Assembly: GCA_965248435.1 (NCBI GenBank)
Contig: OZ252100.1
Span: forward strand, 4,704,001 to 4,768,000
Length of the DNA: 64,000 nt
Source: Candidatus Latescibacterota bacterium
Lineage (GTDB): Bacteria; Latescibacterota; UBA2968; GCA-2709665
Direction of reading: 5' to 3'
Of the stretch, positions 47,722 through 57,330 are shown in pieces. Every line of letters starts with the position of its first letter. Position 1 is the stretch's first letter. Both the position numbers and the translations under genes were made by a program. The notes beneath the pieces were generated by a model that was given only the letters and a program-made list of their open reading frames with translations, did not search any database and was not told the DNA's origin.

Positions 47722-49521
47722 TCAATCACCCATCTTCAATACGGCCAGGAAGGCCTCCTGCGGAATTTCGACGTTGCCGACCTGTTTCATTCTCCTCTTT
47801 CCCTCTTTTTGTCTTTCGAGGAGCTTCCTCTTTCTTGTCACATCTCCACCGTAGCACTTGGCCGTCACGTTCTTTCGGAAGGGCCTCACCGATTGTCTGG
47901 CGATGATCCTGCTGCCGATTGCAGCCTGGATGACGACTTCGAACATCTGGCGGGGAATCAATTCCTTCAGCTTTTCACACATCGCCCTTCCCCAGGCCTG
48001 GACCTTATCCCGGTGCACGATCGCTGAAAGCGCATCGACCGGATCGCCGTTGATGAGCAGGTCGAATTTGACCATTTTCGATGGTCTGTGCGCCTTGTAT
48101 TCGTAATCGAAAGAGGCGTACCCCCTGGTGACGGATTTCAGTCGATCGTAGAAATCGAACACGATCTCCGACAGGGGGAGTTCATAGCGAAGGAGCCCGC
48201 GAGTAGGGTCGATATAATCTGTTGTCAGATATTTTCCTCGGCGGTCCTGCGCGAGTCGCATCACGTTTCCCATGTATTCCGTGGGTACGAGAATCTGGGC
48301 ATCGAGGATCGGTTCACTGATCTCATCGATGCTTCCCGCATCGGGCATTTCTGTCGGGTTGTTGACTTCCCTCACTTCTCCGTCTGTGAGCCTTACACGG
48401 TACTCGACGTTCGGTACGGTCGTGATGATGTCCATGTCGAATTCCCGGGCGAGGCGTTCCTGAACGATCTCCATATGAAGGAGCCCGAGGAAGCCGCATC
48501 GGAAACCGAAACCGAGGGCATTGGAGGTTTCAGGTTCGTATCTGAGCGAGGCGTCATTCAGGCCGAGCTTTTCAAGGGCCGAACGCAGGCCGTCGTAATG
48601 GTCGGAATTGAGGGGATAGATTCCGGCGAAGACCATCGGTTTGACTTCCTTGTAACCTGCCAGAGGTTCGCATGCGGGGTTGTCAGCGCTCGTGACCGTG
48701 TCTCCCACGTGAACATATTTCAGGTCTTTGACCCCGGCTATCAGATAGCCGACCTCGCCGGCCCTAAGCCGCTTCTGCCTCAACCGCCCCAACTTAAGGG
48801 TCCCGGTCTCCTCGGCAGAGTAGATTTGATCGGTGGAGAAGAAGCGTATAGGCATTCCTTCCTCCAGGGTGCCGTCGAAGATTCTGACATAGGCCACAGC
48901 GCCCCTGTAGCGGTCGAAAATGGAGTCGAAGACGAGGGCCCGTAAAGGCTCGCCGGGATCGCCCTGGGGAGGCGGGACGCGTTCGATGATCGCATGCAGG
49001 ACCTCATCGATCCCGATTCCATCCTTGGCACTAATTTCAAGGATTTCTTCCCTGTCAACTTCCAGGAGTCCCTGGATCTCCGATGCTACCCGATCCACCT
49101 CGGCGCTGGGCAGGTCGATCTTGTTGATCACCGGGATGATCGCCAGGTCATTCTCGAGGGCCAGGAGTACGTTGCTCACTGTCTGGGCCTCGACGCCCTG
49201 CGCGGCATCGACGAGCAGCAGTGCACCCTCGCAGGCTGCCATGCTGCGAGAGACTTCATAGGAGAAGTCGACGTGCCCGGGGGTATCGATCAGGTTGAGG
49301 AGATACGCTTCGCCGTTGGAGGTCTGATATTCCATACGAACGGCGTGGGATTTGATCGTGATTCCCCGCTCTCGCTCCAGGTCCATGTCGTCCAGGACCT
49401 GGTCCACCATTTCCTTTTGGGACAGGGTAAGGGTGCGCTCCAGAAGCCTGTCCGCAAGCGTGGACTTTCCGTGGTCGATATGGGCAATAATCGAAAAGTT
49501 TCGGATTCGTTCGGCGTTCAT
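47722..49521 (-). CDS. lepA: translation elongation factor 4
   Basis: [41 protein letters not shown]. Confidence 0.98.
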   Translation of the reverse strand: MNAERIRNFSIIAHIDHGKSTLADRLLERTLTLSQKEMVDQVLDDMDLERERGITIKSHAVRMEYQTSNGEAYLLNLIDTPGHVDFSYEVSRSMAACEGALLLVDAAQGVEAQTVSNVLLALENDLAIIPVINKIDLPSAEVDRVASEIQGLLEVDREEILEISAKDGIGIDEVLHAIIERVPPPQGDPGEPLRALVFDSIFDRYRGAVAYVRIFDGTLEEGMPIRFFSTDQIYSAEETGTLKLGRLRQKRLRAGEVGYLIAGVKDLKYVHVGDTVTSADNPACEPLAGYKEVKPMVFAGIYPLNSDHYDGLRSALEKLGLNDASLRYEPETSNALGFGFRCGFLGLLHMEIVQERLAREFDMDIITTVPNVEYRVRLTDGEVREVNNPTEMPDAGSIDEISEPILDAQILVPTEYMGNVMRLAQDRRGKYLTTDYIDPTRGLLRYELPLSEIVFDFYDRLKSVTRGYASFDYEYKAHRPSKMVKFDLLINGDPVDALSAIVHRDKVQAWGRAMCEKLKELIPRQMFEVVIQAAIGSRIIARQSVRPFRKNVTAKCYGGDVTRKRKLLERQKEGKRRMKQVGNVEIPQEAFLAVLKMGD

Positions 49522-49787
49522 TGAGTAGTGGCAAGTCTAAGAAACACAATTGCATAAACACGAATGACTCAAGCTAAAAAATATACTCTCTTCCCAAGAT
49601 CAAGTCAACGAAAAGAGTTGACACTCAAGAAGATGTAAAGGTATATTGGAAATTTTGATCGCGAATTTCGGTTTGTGGATACCGAGACAGCAAAGCACGG
49701 ATAGCCCGAACCCTGTGGATCCGTGGATCGTCGGTCGTCGCTTGTCAACCCGCAAGCCTAAACCCGCAGCAGGACGAGGTTTCTTAG

Positions 49788-50900
49788 ATGAAAATCGAGT
49801 CGGCTGAAATTCGTTACGTCGAACTGCCACTGATCAGCCCGTGGCGAACCGCTTACGGAGAAGATCCCACGATTCACTCGGTGATCGTCAAGTTTTCAAG
49901 CGGTGGGGCAGATGCGTGGGGAGAGTCGACGCCATTCTACGCCCCGACCTATTCACCGGAGAATGCCGCCTCGGTCTACGATCTATGCAAGGAGTTCTTT
50001 CTCCCGAGAATCGTCGGGCAGGAGATCGAGTCAGCCACCGATCTCGAGAGACGGATTGGCGCTTTTAAGGGAAACCCCTTCGCGAAGGCGGCGGTTGAGA
50101 CCACCTGGTGGTCACTCCACAGCAAACTGCTCGGCGAGCCGTTGTGGCGGGTACTCGGAGGAAAAGAGCCTATCGTGAAGTGCGGAGCCGATTTTGGGAT
50201 CCAGAATTCCATCGACGAACTTCTGGAGTTGATACAGGGGGCCGTTGACGCCGGATACCCGAGGACAAAGCTGAAAGTTCGGCACGGTTGGGATATTGAG
50301 GTGCTTGAGGCGGTGCGGTCTTCGTTCCCCGACCACGTATTTCACATCGACTGTAACTCCGGCTACGATCTGGAAACGGACCTGCAGACACTCAAGGCGT
50401 TCGACCAGTTTAATCTTGCGATGATCGAGCAACCTCTGTTCCACACCGATCTGATCGAGCACGCCGAACTGCAAAGGCAGATTGAAACGCCCATCTGTCT
50501 GGACGAATCGATCAAGAGTCCGCGTGATTTCAGGCTTGCCCTTAAGATCGGGGCCTGCCAAGTGGTCAACGTCAAACCGGGACGCGTTGGTGGGTTGGAT
50601 AACTCTGTTCGAATCCACGACATGGCTTACAACGAAGGAACAGAGGCGTGGGTGGGCGGCATGCTGGAGAGCGGCGTAGGCGCAGGGATCTGTGCGGCGA
50701 TCGGAACGCTTCCCGGGTTTACCTACCCAGCGGACGTCTTTCCATCCTCAAGATTCTACAAAGAGGATATTACGGATAAATGGCTGGAACAGGACCCGGA
50801 CAATTGTGTGGTCCTGGACGAGACGCCGGGCGTAGGATTTGAGCCCGTTCCTAAACGGCTGGAGGCTGTTACGATAAAGAAGAAATTCTTCAAGAGTTAG
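49788..50900 (+). CDS. o-succinylbenzoate synthase / N-succinylamino acid racemase (enolase superfamily)
   Basis: KLK, D.N, EQP, DES, NVKPGRVGG, GGMLE motifs. Confidence 0.85.
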   Translation: MKIESAEIRYVELPLISPWRTAYGEDPTIHSVIVKFSSGGADAWGESTPFYAPTYSPENAASVYDLCKEFFLPRIVGQEIESATDLERRIGAFKGNPFAKAAVETTWWSLHSKLLGEPLWRVLGGKEPIVKCGADFGIQNSIDELLELIQGAVDAGYPRTKLKVRHGWDIEVLEAVRSSFPDHVFHIDCNSGYDLETDLQTLKAFDQFNLAMIEQPLFHTDLIEHAELQRQIETPICLDESIKSPRDFRLALKIGACQVVNVKPGRVGGLDNSVRIHDMAYNEGTEAWVGGMLESGVGAGICAAIGTLPGFTYPADVFPSSRFYKEDITDKWLEQDPDNCVVLDETPGVGFEPVPKRLEAVTIKKKFFKS

Positions 50901-50933
50901 GTTTTGTGAAGCCATAAACGAAGGAGAAGTGAG

Positions 50934-51245
50934 ATGGAACTTGAAACATCTTCGGGGGATGAGAAGCGCGGGTCCGACCGCCTGCTACTGAGCTTGCCGG
51001 TTCGAGGCAAGGTGGGAACCGGCGAATTGATGGACTTCGAGGTTGTAGATATCAGTACAGGTGGCATGCAGATCAAGAGTTCAAACTTCGAAGTGATCAA
51101 AAAGGGGTTCGACGAGCAGCATAACAGCGCAGAGTTCGAGATCAGGATCGTTGGTCGGTTGGCGTGGGCCAAGATCGGTCTAGAGGACTCGTACCTGACG
51201 GGCTGGGAATTCGAAATGGAGGGGGGAGAGGTCAGAGTCGGATAA
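50934..51245 (+). CDS. PilZ domain protein
   Basis: KRGSDR (RxxxR) and DISTGG (DxSxxG) motifs. Confidence 0.8.
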   Translation: MELETSSGDEKRGSDRLLLSLPVRGKVGTGELMDFEVVDISTGGMQIKSSNFEVIKKGFDEQHNSAEFEIRIVGRLAWAKIGLEDSYLTGWEFEMEGGEVRVG

Positions 51246-51336
51246 AAACCGTAGAGACTTGCCTTTTCCGGTCTCAAGTCCTTATATTAATCTAGGTTGA
51301 ACTGAACTCCCATCTCCCCCGAGCAAGGAACCGGAT

Positions 51337-51609
51337 ATGGAATGGTGGCTTCTTTGCATTGCTGCTGTGATCATAACGCTCGCGGCCAAAGGGCTTACGA
51401 CGGCTTGGGCTGAGCGATTGCGGGCAAACCTGGGCCTGAAACAGAGGGAGGCGCAGCGGGCCAAAGAGAAACTCCACGACGCTCGCGAGCAGCATAGAGA
51501 TTTGAGTCGCCTGAATAAGGAGAAGGCCAACAACCTGGCACGTCTTAAACGTGACGTGGCGGAGATGGAGAACAGAATCAAATCGATCAAGTCCCCAGAA
51601 GATGGGTAA
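51337..51609 (+). CDS. small membrane-anchored coiled-coil protein
   Basis: N-terminal TM helix followed by a heptad-rich segment; AAGGA RBS. Confidence 0.65.
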   Translation: MEWWLLCIAAVIITLAAKGLTTAWAERLRANLGLKQREAQRAKEKLHDAREQHRDLSRLNKEKANNLARLKRDVAEMENRIKSIKSPEDG

Positions 51610-51661
51610 TAACACTTTGTAAATTATTACTTTGAGGAGTAGGACCGAAAGCACCGAATGA

Positions 51662-51692
51662 CCCATCGTCCTGAAAGGATGATGGGCTTTTT
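51662..51692 (+). terminator. terminator-like hairpin within a possible leader structure
   Basis: CCCATCGTCCT-GAA-AGGATGATGGG-CTTTTT. Confidence 0.65.
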
Positions 51693-51800
51693 CGTGGTCT
51701 CTTTGACCGCTCTTCTTCTGCCCGTGATAAGCTGGCGGATTTCGGCCATGCGGCCGAGTCTTTTGATCGGTCATATCTCCAGGGAAACAACGCTTTTCTT

Positions 51801-51860
51801 TTTATAAACAACATGTTATTATTTATCTGTGGCAACCCTACTTTCGGCACAAAAGCTGCT
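51801..51860 (+). promoter_or_regulatory. IHF-like site plus sigma54 promoter
   Basis: TTTATAAACAACATGTTA then CGGCACAAAAGCTGCT (51845-51860). Confidence 0.55.
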
Positions 51861-51937
51861 TTCTAATAGGTCTGGATGAGCTGAGTTGCCGTGTATCCTG
51901 GCCTAGCCCTGAGGGAAGCCAGCTGAAGGAGCGACCG

Positions 51938-52315
51938 GTGAGAAAAATCCTTGTGATTGATGATGACCTACAGACCCGCCTAACCCTTCGAGCGGCCTTG
52001 GAGAGGTCGGGTTACGAGATTGTCGAGGCGTCCAATGGTGACGAGGGTCTTTGTCTGTTCCGGAAAGAGCGTGTCGATCTGGTGATCACCGATATTTTCA
52101 TGCCGGGAAAGGATGGCCTGGCGGTTATCGAAGAAATCCGCCGAGACCATCCAAAGGCGAAGATCATCTCCATTACGGGTGGCCGGGGGGACGACTGTGC
52201 ACGCGCCAAGGAATTAGGAGCGGTCCGCACCTTTGTGAAACCTTACGAGATGCAGGAGATTCTGGACGCGGTGGAGGTGGAAACGAGGGACCAAAGCACG
52301 CGGAGCCAGCACTAA
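51938..52315 (+). CDS. single-domain response regulator
   Basis: ILVIDDD, VITDIFMPGKDG, T, KP. Confidence 0.93.
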   Translation: MRKILVIDDDLQTRLTLRAALERSGYEIVEASNGDEGLCLFRKERVDLVITDIFMPGKDGLAVIEEIRRDHPKAKIISITGGRGDDCARAKELGAVRTFVKPYEMQEILDAVEVETRDQSTRSQH

Positions 52316-52434
52316 GGCTTGCCTTCTCCGCCGTGAATCTACAGGATCTTAGGAGCGATTGACCGTTTGGCTTTATGAAGTATATTTTTGAATGTCAGCA
52401 GAAGCAATAATCCTGCATTCGACCGAGATGCCTT

Positions 52435-54816
52435 ATGGCTAAAAAACCGAAAGAGGCCCCGAAAGTGAGACGGGGTGCCAACCTGGAAGATGTCCTGGGC
52501 GAGATCGATAGCTTCCTGGAGGGTGGGGCGGAGGGTCTGTCGAAGGAGGCAGGCGCGGAGCAGAAGGTGCCTTCAAAGGCGACCCGTAACGCCGAGGAGG
52601 ATACGGAGGGAGAGGCCGGGGGCGAAGGAACTGCGGATGGGAAACTCAGCCTCTCTGTTTCTGAGGACGGGCTCGAGGCAACCCTCCGCCTCATCACACC
52701 TGAAACAACCGAGGAAGGGATCCTGGAGCTGCTTCGGAGCGAGGGCATTTCGTCCGGGATCGACGAGGCGGGGATCCGAAAGGCAGTCGAGACTCTGCAG
52801 GAATACGGACAGCCTCTGAAGGACATGGTCGTGGCCAAGGGGAAGCCTCCGAAGCCCGCACCCCCGCCCCGTATGGAGCCCTCCCTCCCGAAGGGAATCG
52901 CGTCCCTCCCCCCTCTCGAGCCGATTCAGAAGCTCACCGAACTGGCCGAGAAGGGTGTCGAAGAAGCCCCGGCATCAGCTGAAGAAGCGCCGGCATCAGC
53001 TGAGGAAGCCCCGGCATCAGCTGAGGGAGACGCCTCATCAACCCCGGACGCCAACGCACCTTCCGGAGAAGCCGACGCAGCCGTTGAGAAGGCGGCCGAC
53101 CCCGCAGCAGCCATCGAGGGGGCTGCCGCGGCCGTCGAGGTTTGGGCGGTGCAAACCGGCGACGAACTCGCGATCCAGGTTGTTGATATGGACACTGGAG
53201 AGCCCGGGACTGATGTTCGGGGACAGCCCATTCCCCCGCCTCCTCAGGAAGTAGGTCCCCATTTGATCCCCGGGCCCGGTGTTGAGCTTAACGGCATCAG
53301 CTACCTCGCCAAACACTTTGGATTCGCAGGGCTCATCAACGGCCAGGTATCCGTGATGGAACCGATCCTCTGGATTTCTCCCGACGGACTGGAAGCCTTC
53401 TACATCAACCTCAGCCTGCTCCCGAGCTCCAAGCCTCCTGGCCAGGTGGACCTGAAGTCTGCGGTAGTATCCGCTGGGATCACAGTTGACGCGGATGAGG
53501 AGGTGGCATCCCTGGCCGAACAGTTCGAAAAGGGGAGGCCAGAGGATCTTCTGATTCCAATCGCACACGGGACCCCGGTCGTTCCTCCGGGGGATTCGAC
53601 TCCCAAGTTTTCATTCGACTACGAGTCTCAGGTCGGGACCATTCGGCCAGACGGATCTATCGACTTCAAGGAACGCAACATGTTCCCCAACGTGGATAAG
53701 GATGCCCTTCTCGCGGAATACAAACCGCCCGTACCGGGAGAACCGGGACAGACCGTACGCGGGGAGGAAATTCCCTTGGGAGAACCGGAAAACGCGGAGC
53801 TCGTCGCCGGAGAGAACGCTCGTCTGGAGGAGAGTGAGGATGAACAGAAGGTTTACGCGGAGGTAGACGGGGGGGCAAGTGTACAGTCGACGGTGACCGC
53901 CACGCAGGAGGGAAAGGTCACACAGTACACCGTTGCCGTAAGGCCCGTCGCCCAGATCTCGAGCGATATCGGTTACGAGACCGGGAACGTCGACTTCGAG
54001 GGAAACGTAGACATCAAGGGTTCACTCACCAGTGGATTCTCTGTTAAGACCACGGGAGATGTCGCCATTTCCGAAGCCGTGGAGGCGGACACAGTGATCG
54101 AAGCTGGTGGGAGCGTGACAGTCTCGCAGGGCATCGTGGGCCACGAGACTTCTATTAAAGCGGGGGGCACGGTCACGGCCAAGTTTATCAGCGAGGCCAA
54201 AGTGGAGGCGGGCGAAGATGTCGTCGTGGGGAGCTACATTCTGGGTGCCCACGTGAACGCCAAAGGGCGCGTCCAGGTGGAGGGGCGCGGAGGTCAGGGA
54301 GGCATTCTAAGTGGGGAGATCTGGGCGATCAAGGGGATAACATCGCGAAACGTGGGTTCTCCGCGCGGAAAAACCAATCTTGTTATCGGTGCCGACCCTG
54401 AACGTCTTTCAGAATTCGAAAAGGCCGGAGAGCAGGTCCGGCACGTCGATACGATCCTTGGTAAGCTTCAAAAGACCTTGAAGCTGGAGTCACTGGACCC
54501 TGAAGAGATTCAAAAGCTGGCTAAGCGACTCCCGGGTAAAAAGGAGATGTTTATTTCCACGATGGAGAAGGTCGGCAAGCTCGCGGAGTATAGAGAACAG
54601 CAGTTGAAGGTGCAAAAGGAGGTTGGGGGTAGGTTGGCCGAGGAGGCAAAGGAGGCTAAACTGGAAGTCCCTGAGACGGCTTACACTGGCGTGACGGTGC
54701 GGATCGGCAACGAGCAGATCAGGGTGAACGACGATCTGAAGCGTGTCTGCTATCACCTGCAGGTGAAGGACGGCGAACCAGGAATCGTCTGGTCTGACCT
54801 TTCACCGGGCTCCTAG
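52435..54816 (+). CDS. FapA/DUF342 family protein
   Basis: VSEDGLEA FapA_N-type segments, GSIDFKE, TGNVDFEGNVDIKG beta-helix, C-terminal coiled coil. Confidence 0.88.
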   Translation: MAKKPKEAPKVRRGANLEDVLGEIDSFLEGGAEGLSKEAGAEQKVPSKATRNAEEDTEGEAGGEGTADGKLSLSVSEDGLEATLRLITPETTEEGILELLRSEGISSGIDEAGIRKAVETLQEYGQPLKDMVVAKGKPPKPAPPPRMEPSLPKGIASLPPLEPIQKLTELAEKGVEEAPASAEEAPASAEEAPASAEGDASSTPDANAPSGEADAAVEKAADPAAAIEGAAAAVEVWAVQTGDELAIQVVDMDTGEPGTDVRGQPIPPPPQEVGPHLIPGPGVELNGISYLAKHFGFAGLINGQVSVMEPILWISPDGLEAFYINLSLLPSSKPPGQVDLKSAVVSAGITVDADEEVASLAEQFEKGRPEDLLIPIAHGTPVVPPGDSTPKFSFDYESQVGTIRPDGSIDFKERNMFPNVDKDALLAEYKPPVPGEPGQTVRGEEIPLGEPENAELVAGENARLEESEDEQKVYAEVDGGASVQSTVTATQEGKVTQYTVAVRPVAQISSDIGYETGNVDFEGNVDIKGSLTSGFSVKTTGDVAISEAVEADTVIEAGGSVTVSQGIVGHETSIKAGGTVTAKFISEAKVEAGEDVVVGSYILGAHVNAKGRVQVEGRGGQGGILSGEIWAIKGITSRNVGSPRGKTNLVIGADPERLSEFEKAGEQVRHVDTILGKLQKTLKLESLDPEEIQKLAKRLPGKKEMFISTMEKVGKLAEYREQQLKVQKEVGGRLAEEAKEAKLEVPETAYTGVTVRIGNEQIRVNDDLKRVCYHLQVKDGEPGIVWSDLSPGS
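52960..53022 (+). repeat. 21-bp tandem repeat x3 (EEAPASA)
   Basis: GARGAAGCSCCGGCATCAGCT three times, in frame. Confidence 0.9.
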
Positions 54817-54842
54817 CCGGGAGTAAATTAGTTCGTCCGAGG

Positions 54843-54876
54843 AAAGCGCCCCGCAATTCAGCCGGTGGGGCGCTTT
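54843..54876 (+). terminator. hairpin / probable terminator
   Basis: AAAGCGCCCCGC-N10-GTGGGGCGCTTT. Confidence 0.6.
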
Positions 54877-54964
54877 ATCGTCTTTGGGGACTGAGGCGTC
54901 CAATACTTCTTGAAAAACCTGAACGCGGAGCGCTGAAGACAAGCCCTTTCCAAGGTAGAAACCC

Positions 54965-56323
54965 GTGCGATTGATCAACATAGACAACCTAGAAGAAGGG
55001 ATGCAGGCAGGGGACGACATCCGCGACGAACACAATCGTCTGCTGCTGGGTAGAGGGGCCACAATCAAGGGCGGCTACGTGCAGAGGCTGAGACAGATGG
55101 GCCTCCCGGCGCTCTACGTCCAGGATGCAGACACCGCAGACATCAAGGTGCCCCACGTTATTCCCCCTGCAGCCCGCGTGAAGGCCATCAAGAATCTGAC
55201 GGATAACTTTGGTGCCATTTCCAAGGCCACGGAGGAGCTCCAGAAGCTCTCGATAGAAGAGGCGCGCCAGAACATCCAGTCCAAGAAGTTCGTAGACACG
55301 TTTAAGTCGCTCACGCACGATCAAGGTATCGATCAACTCGTTGGAGATGTGAGCAGCCTCATCGATCCCCTGATGGGCAAGGATGTCGTCCTTGGTCTCA
55401 ACTCGATCAAGACACACGATGGATACACCTTCCAACACTCCCTGGATGTCACGATCATGGGTCTGCTGCTGGCCAAAAAGCTGGGATGGGATGCACAACG
55501 CCTGGAGGACTTCGGCGTGGGCTGCCTGCTTCACGACATGGATAAGATCTTTATCGATTCCGAAATCCTGAACAAGCCGGGCAAGCTCACCGAGGAGGAG
55601 TTCGATCGAATGAAGGCCCACCCCACACTGGGATACGAGCTGGTCAAGACCATCGCGCCGACCATGAGCACCCTGATCCCGCACGTGGCTTACCAACACC
55701 ACGAGCGTCAGGACGGGACGGGATATCCCAGGGGTCTTGAGGGCGACAATACCCTGGGGGAGAACAAGCCCGATCTAATACATGATTTCGGAGCGGTTGC
55801 CGCCGTTGCGGATATCTATGATGCCATGGCGTCGGACCGCCCCTATCGGCAGGGGTGGCCACCCGATCGGGTTGTGGGTATGATCAAGGACCTTTCAGGT
55901 GAGCAGCTGAATAGTGGGGTGGTGGATTTGTTCTTGAAGACCGTTGCCCCGTATCCTATCGCGACAGGGGTCAAATTACTGAACGGAGCCCACGCGGGAT
56001 ACGAGGGCGTCGTGTCTGATGTCGATGAGAAGGTCCTGGATAGGCCCAAGGTGCGACTGCTTTACGACGCGGAGGGGAATCGTGTGGATGCCGTTGAGCT
56101 GGACTTGAGGGCCGAGGATGAGATCCAGATCGCATCCGTTCGCAGCGGGGTGCCCACGATCGAGCCTCTGGGAACCCTCATCCGGAAGGATGAACCCAGG
56201 GATGAGCCCAGGGAGGCTGGAGAGATTGAGCAGCACGAGGAGCCTGAGATCGAATGTCCCTCCTGCGGCCTCAAGTCCAAAGGGAAGTTTTGTACAGAGT
56301 GCGGGACCCCTTTGAGGGGGTAG
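54965..56323 (+). CDS. HD-GYP phosphodiesterase with C-terminal zinc ribbon
   Basis: YTFQHS, LLHDMDK, HHERQDGTGYP, DRPYR; C-terminal CPSCG...FCTECG. Confidence 0.9.
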   Translation: MRLINIDNLEEGMQAGDDIRDEHNRLLLGRGATIKGGYVQRLRQMGLPALYVQDADTADIKVPHVIPPAARVKAIKNLTDNFGAISKATEELQKLSIEEARQNIQSKKFVDTFKSLTHDQGIDQLVGDVSSLIDPLMGKDVVLGLNSIKTHDGYTFQHSLDVTIMGLLLAKKLGWDAQRLEDFGVGCLLHDMDKIFIDSEILNKPGKLTEEEFDRMKAHPTLGYELVKTIAPTMSTLIPHVAYQHHERQDGTGYPRGLEGDNTLGENKPDLIHDFGAVAAVADIYDAMASDRPYRQGWPPDRVVGMIKDLSGEQLNSGVVDLFLKTVAPYPIATGVKLLNGAHAGYEGVVSDVDEKVLDRPKVRLLYDAEGNRVDAVELDLRAEDEIQIASVRSGVPTIEPLGTLIRKDEPRDEPREAGEIEQHEEPEIECPSCGLKSKGKFCTECGTPLRG

Positions 56324-56562
56324 GCAGCAAGAAGTGATCAGTCAGGCGTAACCAAAGTTGGGAACAGAGCCAACTTTGGGCTTGGATGAAGGTTCTGCAT
56401 TTGCGATCTTTGGGGAAGCGAAGGCCGGGTCAGGTGGCAGAAAGGGAAACGGACAGGAGCGAAGATTGAACATAGCTCGATTGGGATGTGCATAGGGAAA
56501 TAACTTGATTCCATGATTTTTGGAAAGACCAGGCCCCTGCAAGAATCAGAGGACAGCTTGCT

Positions 56563-57330
56563 GTGAAAAAACTCGAGAACATGCTCCTCATCCTTTCGAG
56601 CGAGGAGCAGAAGGAAGCAGAAGCATACATTCCGGATCGACTTCGGTCTTTGGACGTGCGTCGGATTCCCGACCTGCAGACCTTGGCGAAAAACGCCAGG
56701 CAGGAAATCGTGCGAGTCAACGCTGTCAAGGAGCGGCTTAAGGTCAAGTCTGATCGTTCGGCCAAGGTGATGATCAAGGTCTCCGACTCGGCGTTGTCTG
56801 GGCTCGCCAATCTAATCGCGGAATGCAACCGGGCGTCGACATCCAAACAGCGCGAATTGAAAGAGATGCAGCGGGCCGCGAATAAGGGTTCTGACGGTGA
56901 GTCTCTCGAAGTGGAAGGCATCCTAAGGCCGAGCCCGGAAGAGGAAGCGAGCGCTGCCCGGTACATCAACGAAAAAATTATGGAACTCTCTTTAGCGGAT
57001 CTCGGGTCGTTTCGAGACGCCTGTCAGGGGCTTCTGACCTGGTGGGACAGTGAGCGCGGTCAGGTGGAGGACCTGGTGCTCAATCAGTTCGGCGATGTGA
57101 ACAGGGGAGAAGGCCGCCTTGCAATAAGACAGAAGAGGGAAGAACTGCAAAAGGAAATTCTTAACCCGTTCAAGGCCTTTTTTAAAGAACTTAATCTGCA
57201 CTACCACAAGCTGGGGAAAGAAGGTCCTGAAAATACCTCGGAGGAAGAGAAGATAGACAAGATCGACGAGGAGGTCGACATGGCCTCCATCGACGCCCTG
57301 ATCGAAGAGGAGGGGCAAGGGTCCGAGTGA
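56563..57330 (+). CDS. hypothetical helical protein
   Basis: 255-aa ORF whose stop overlaps the kinase start; acidic C-terminus. Confidence 0.7.
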   Translation: MKKLENMLLILSSEEQKEAEAYIPDRLRSLDVRRIPDLQTLAKNARQEIVRVNAVKERLKVKSDRSAKVMIKVSDSALSGLANLIAECNRASTSKQRELKEMQRAANKGSDGESLEVEGILRPSPEEEASAARYINEKIMELSLADLGSFRDACQGLLTWWDSERGQVEDLVLNQFGDVNRGEGRLAIRQKREELQKEILNPFKAFFKELNLHYHKLGKEGPENTSEEEKIDKIDEEVDMASIDALIEEEGQGSE

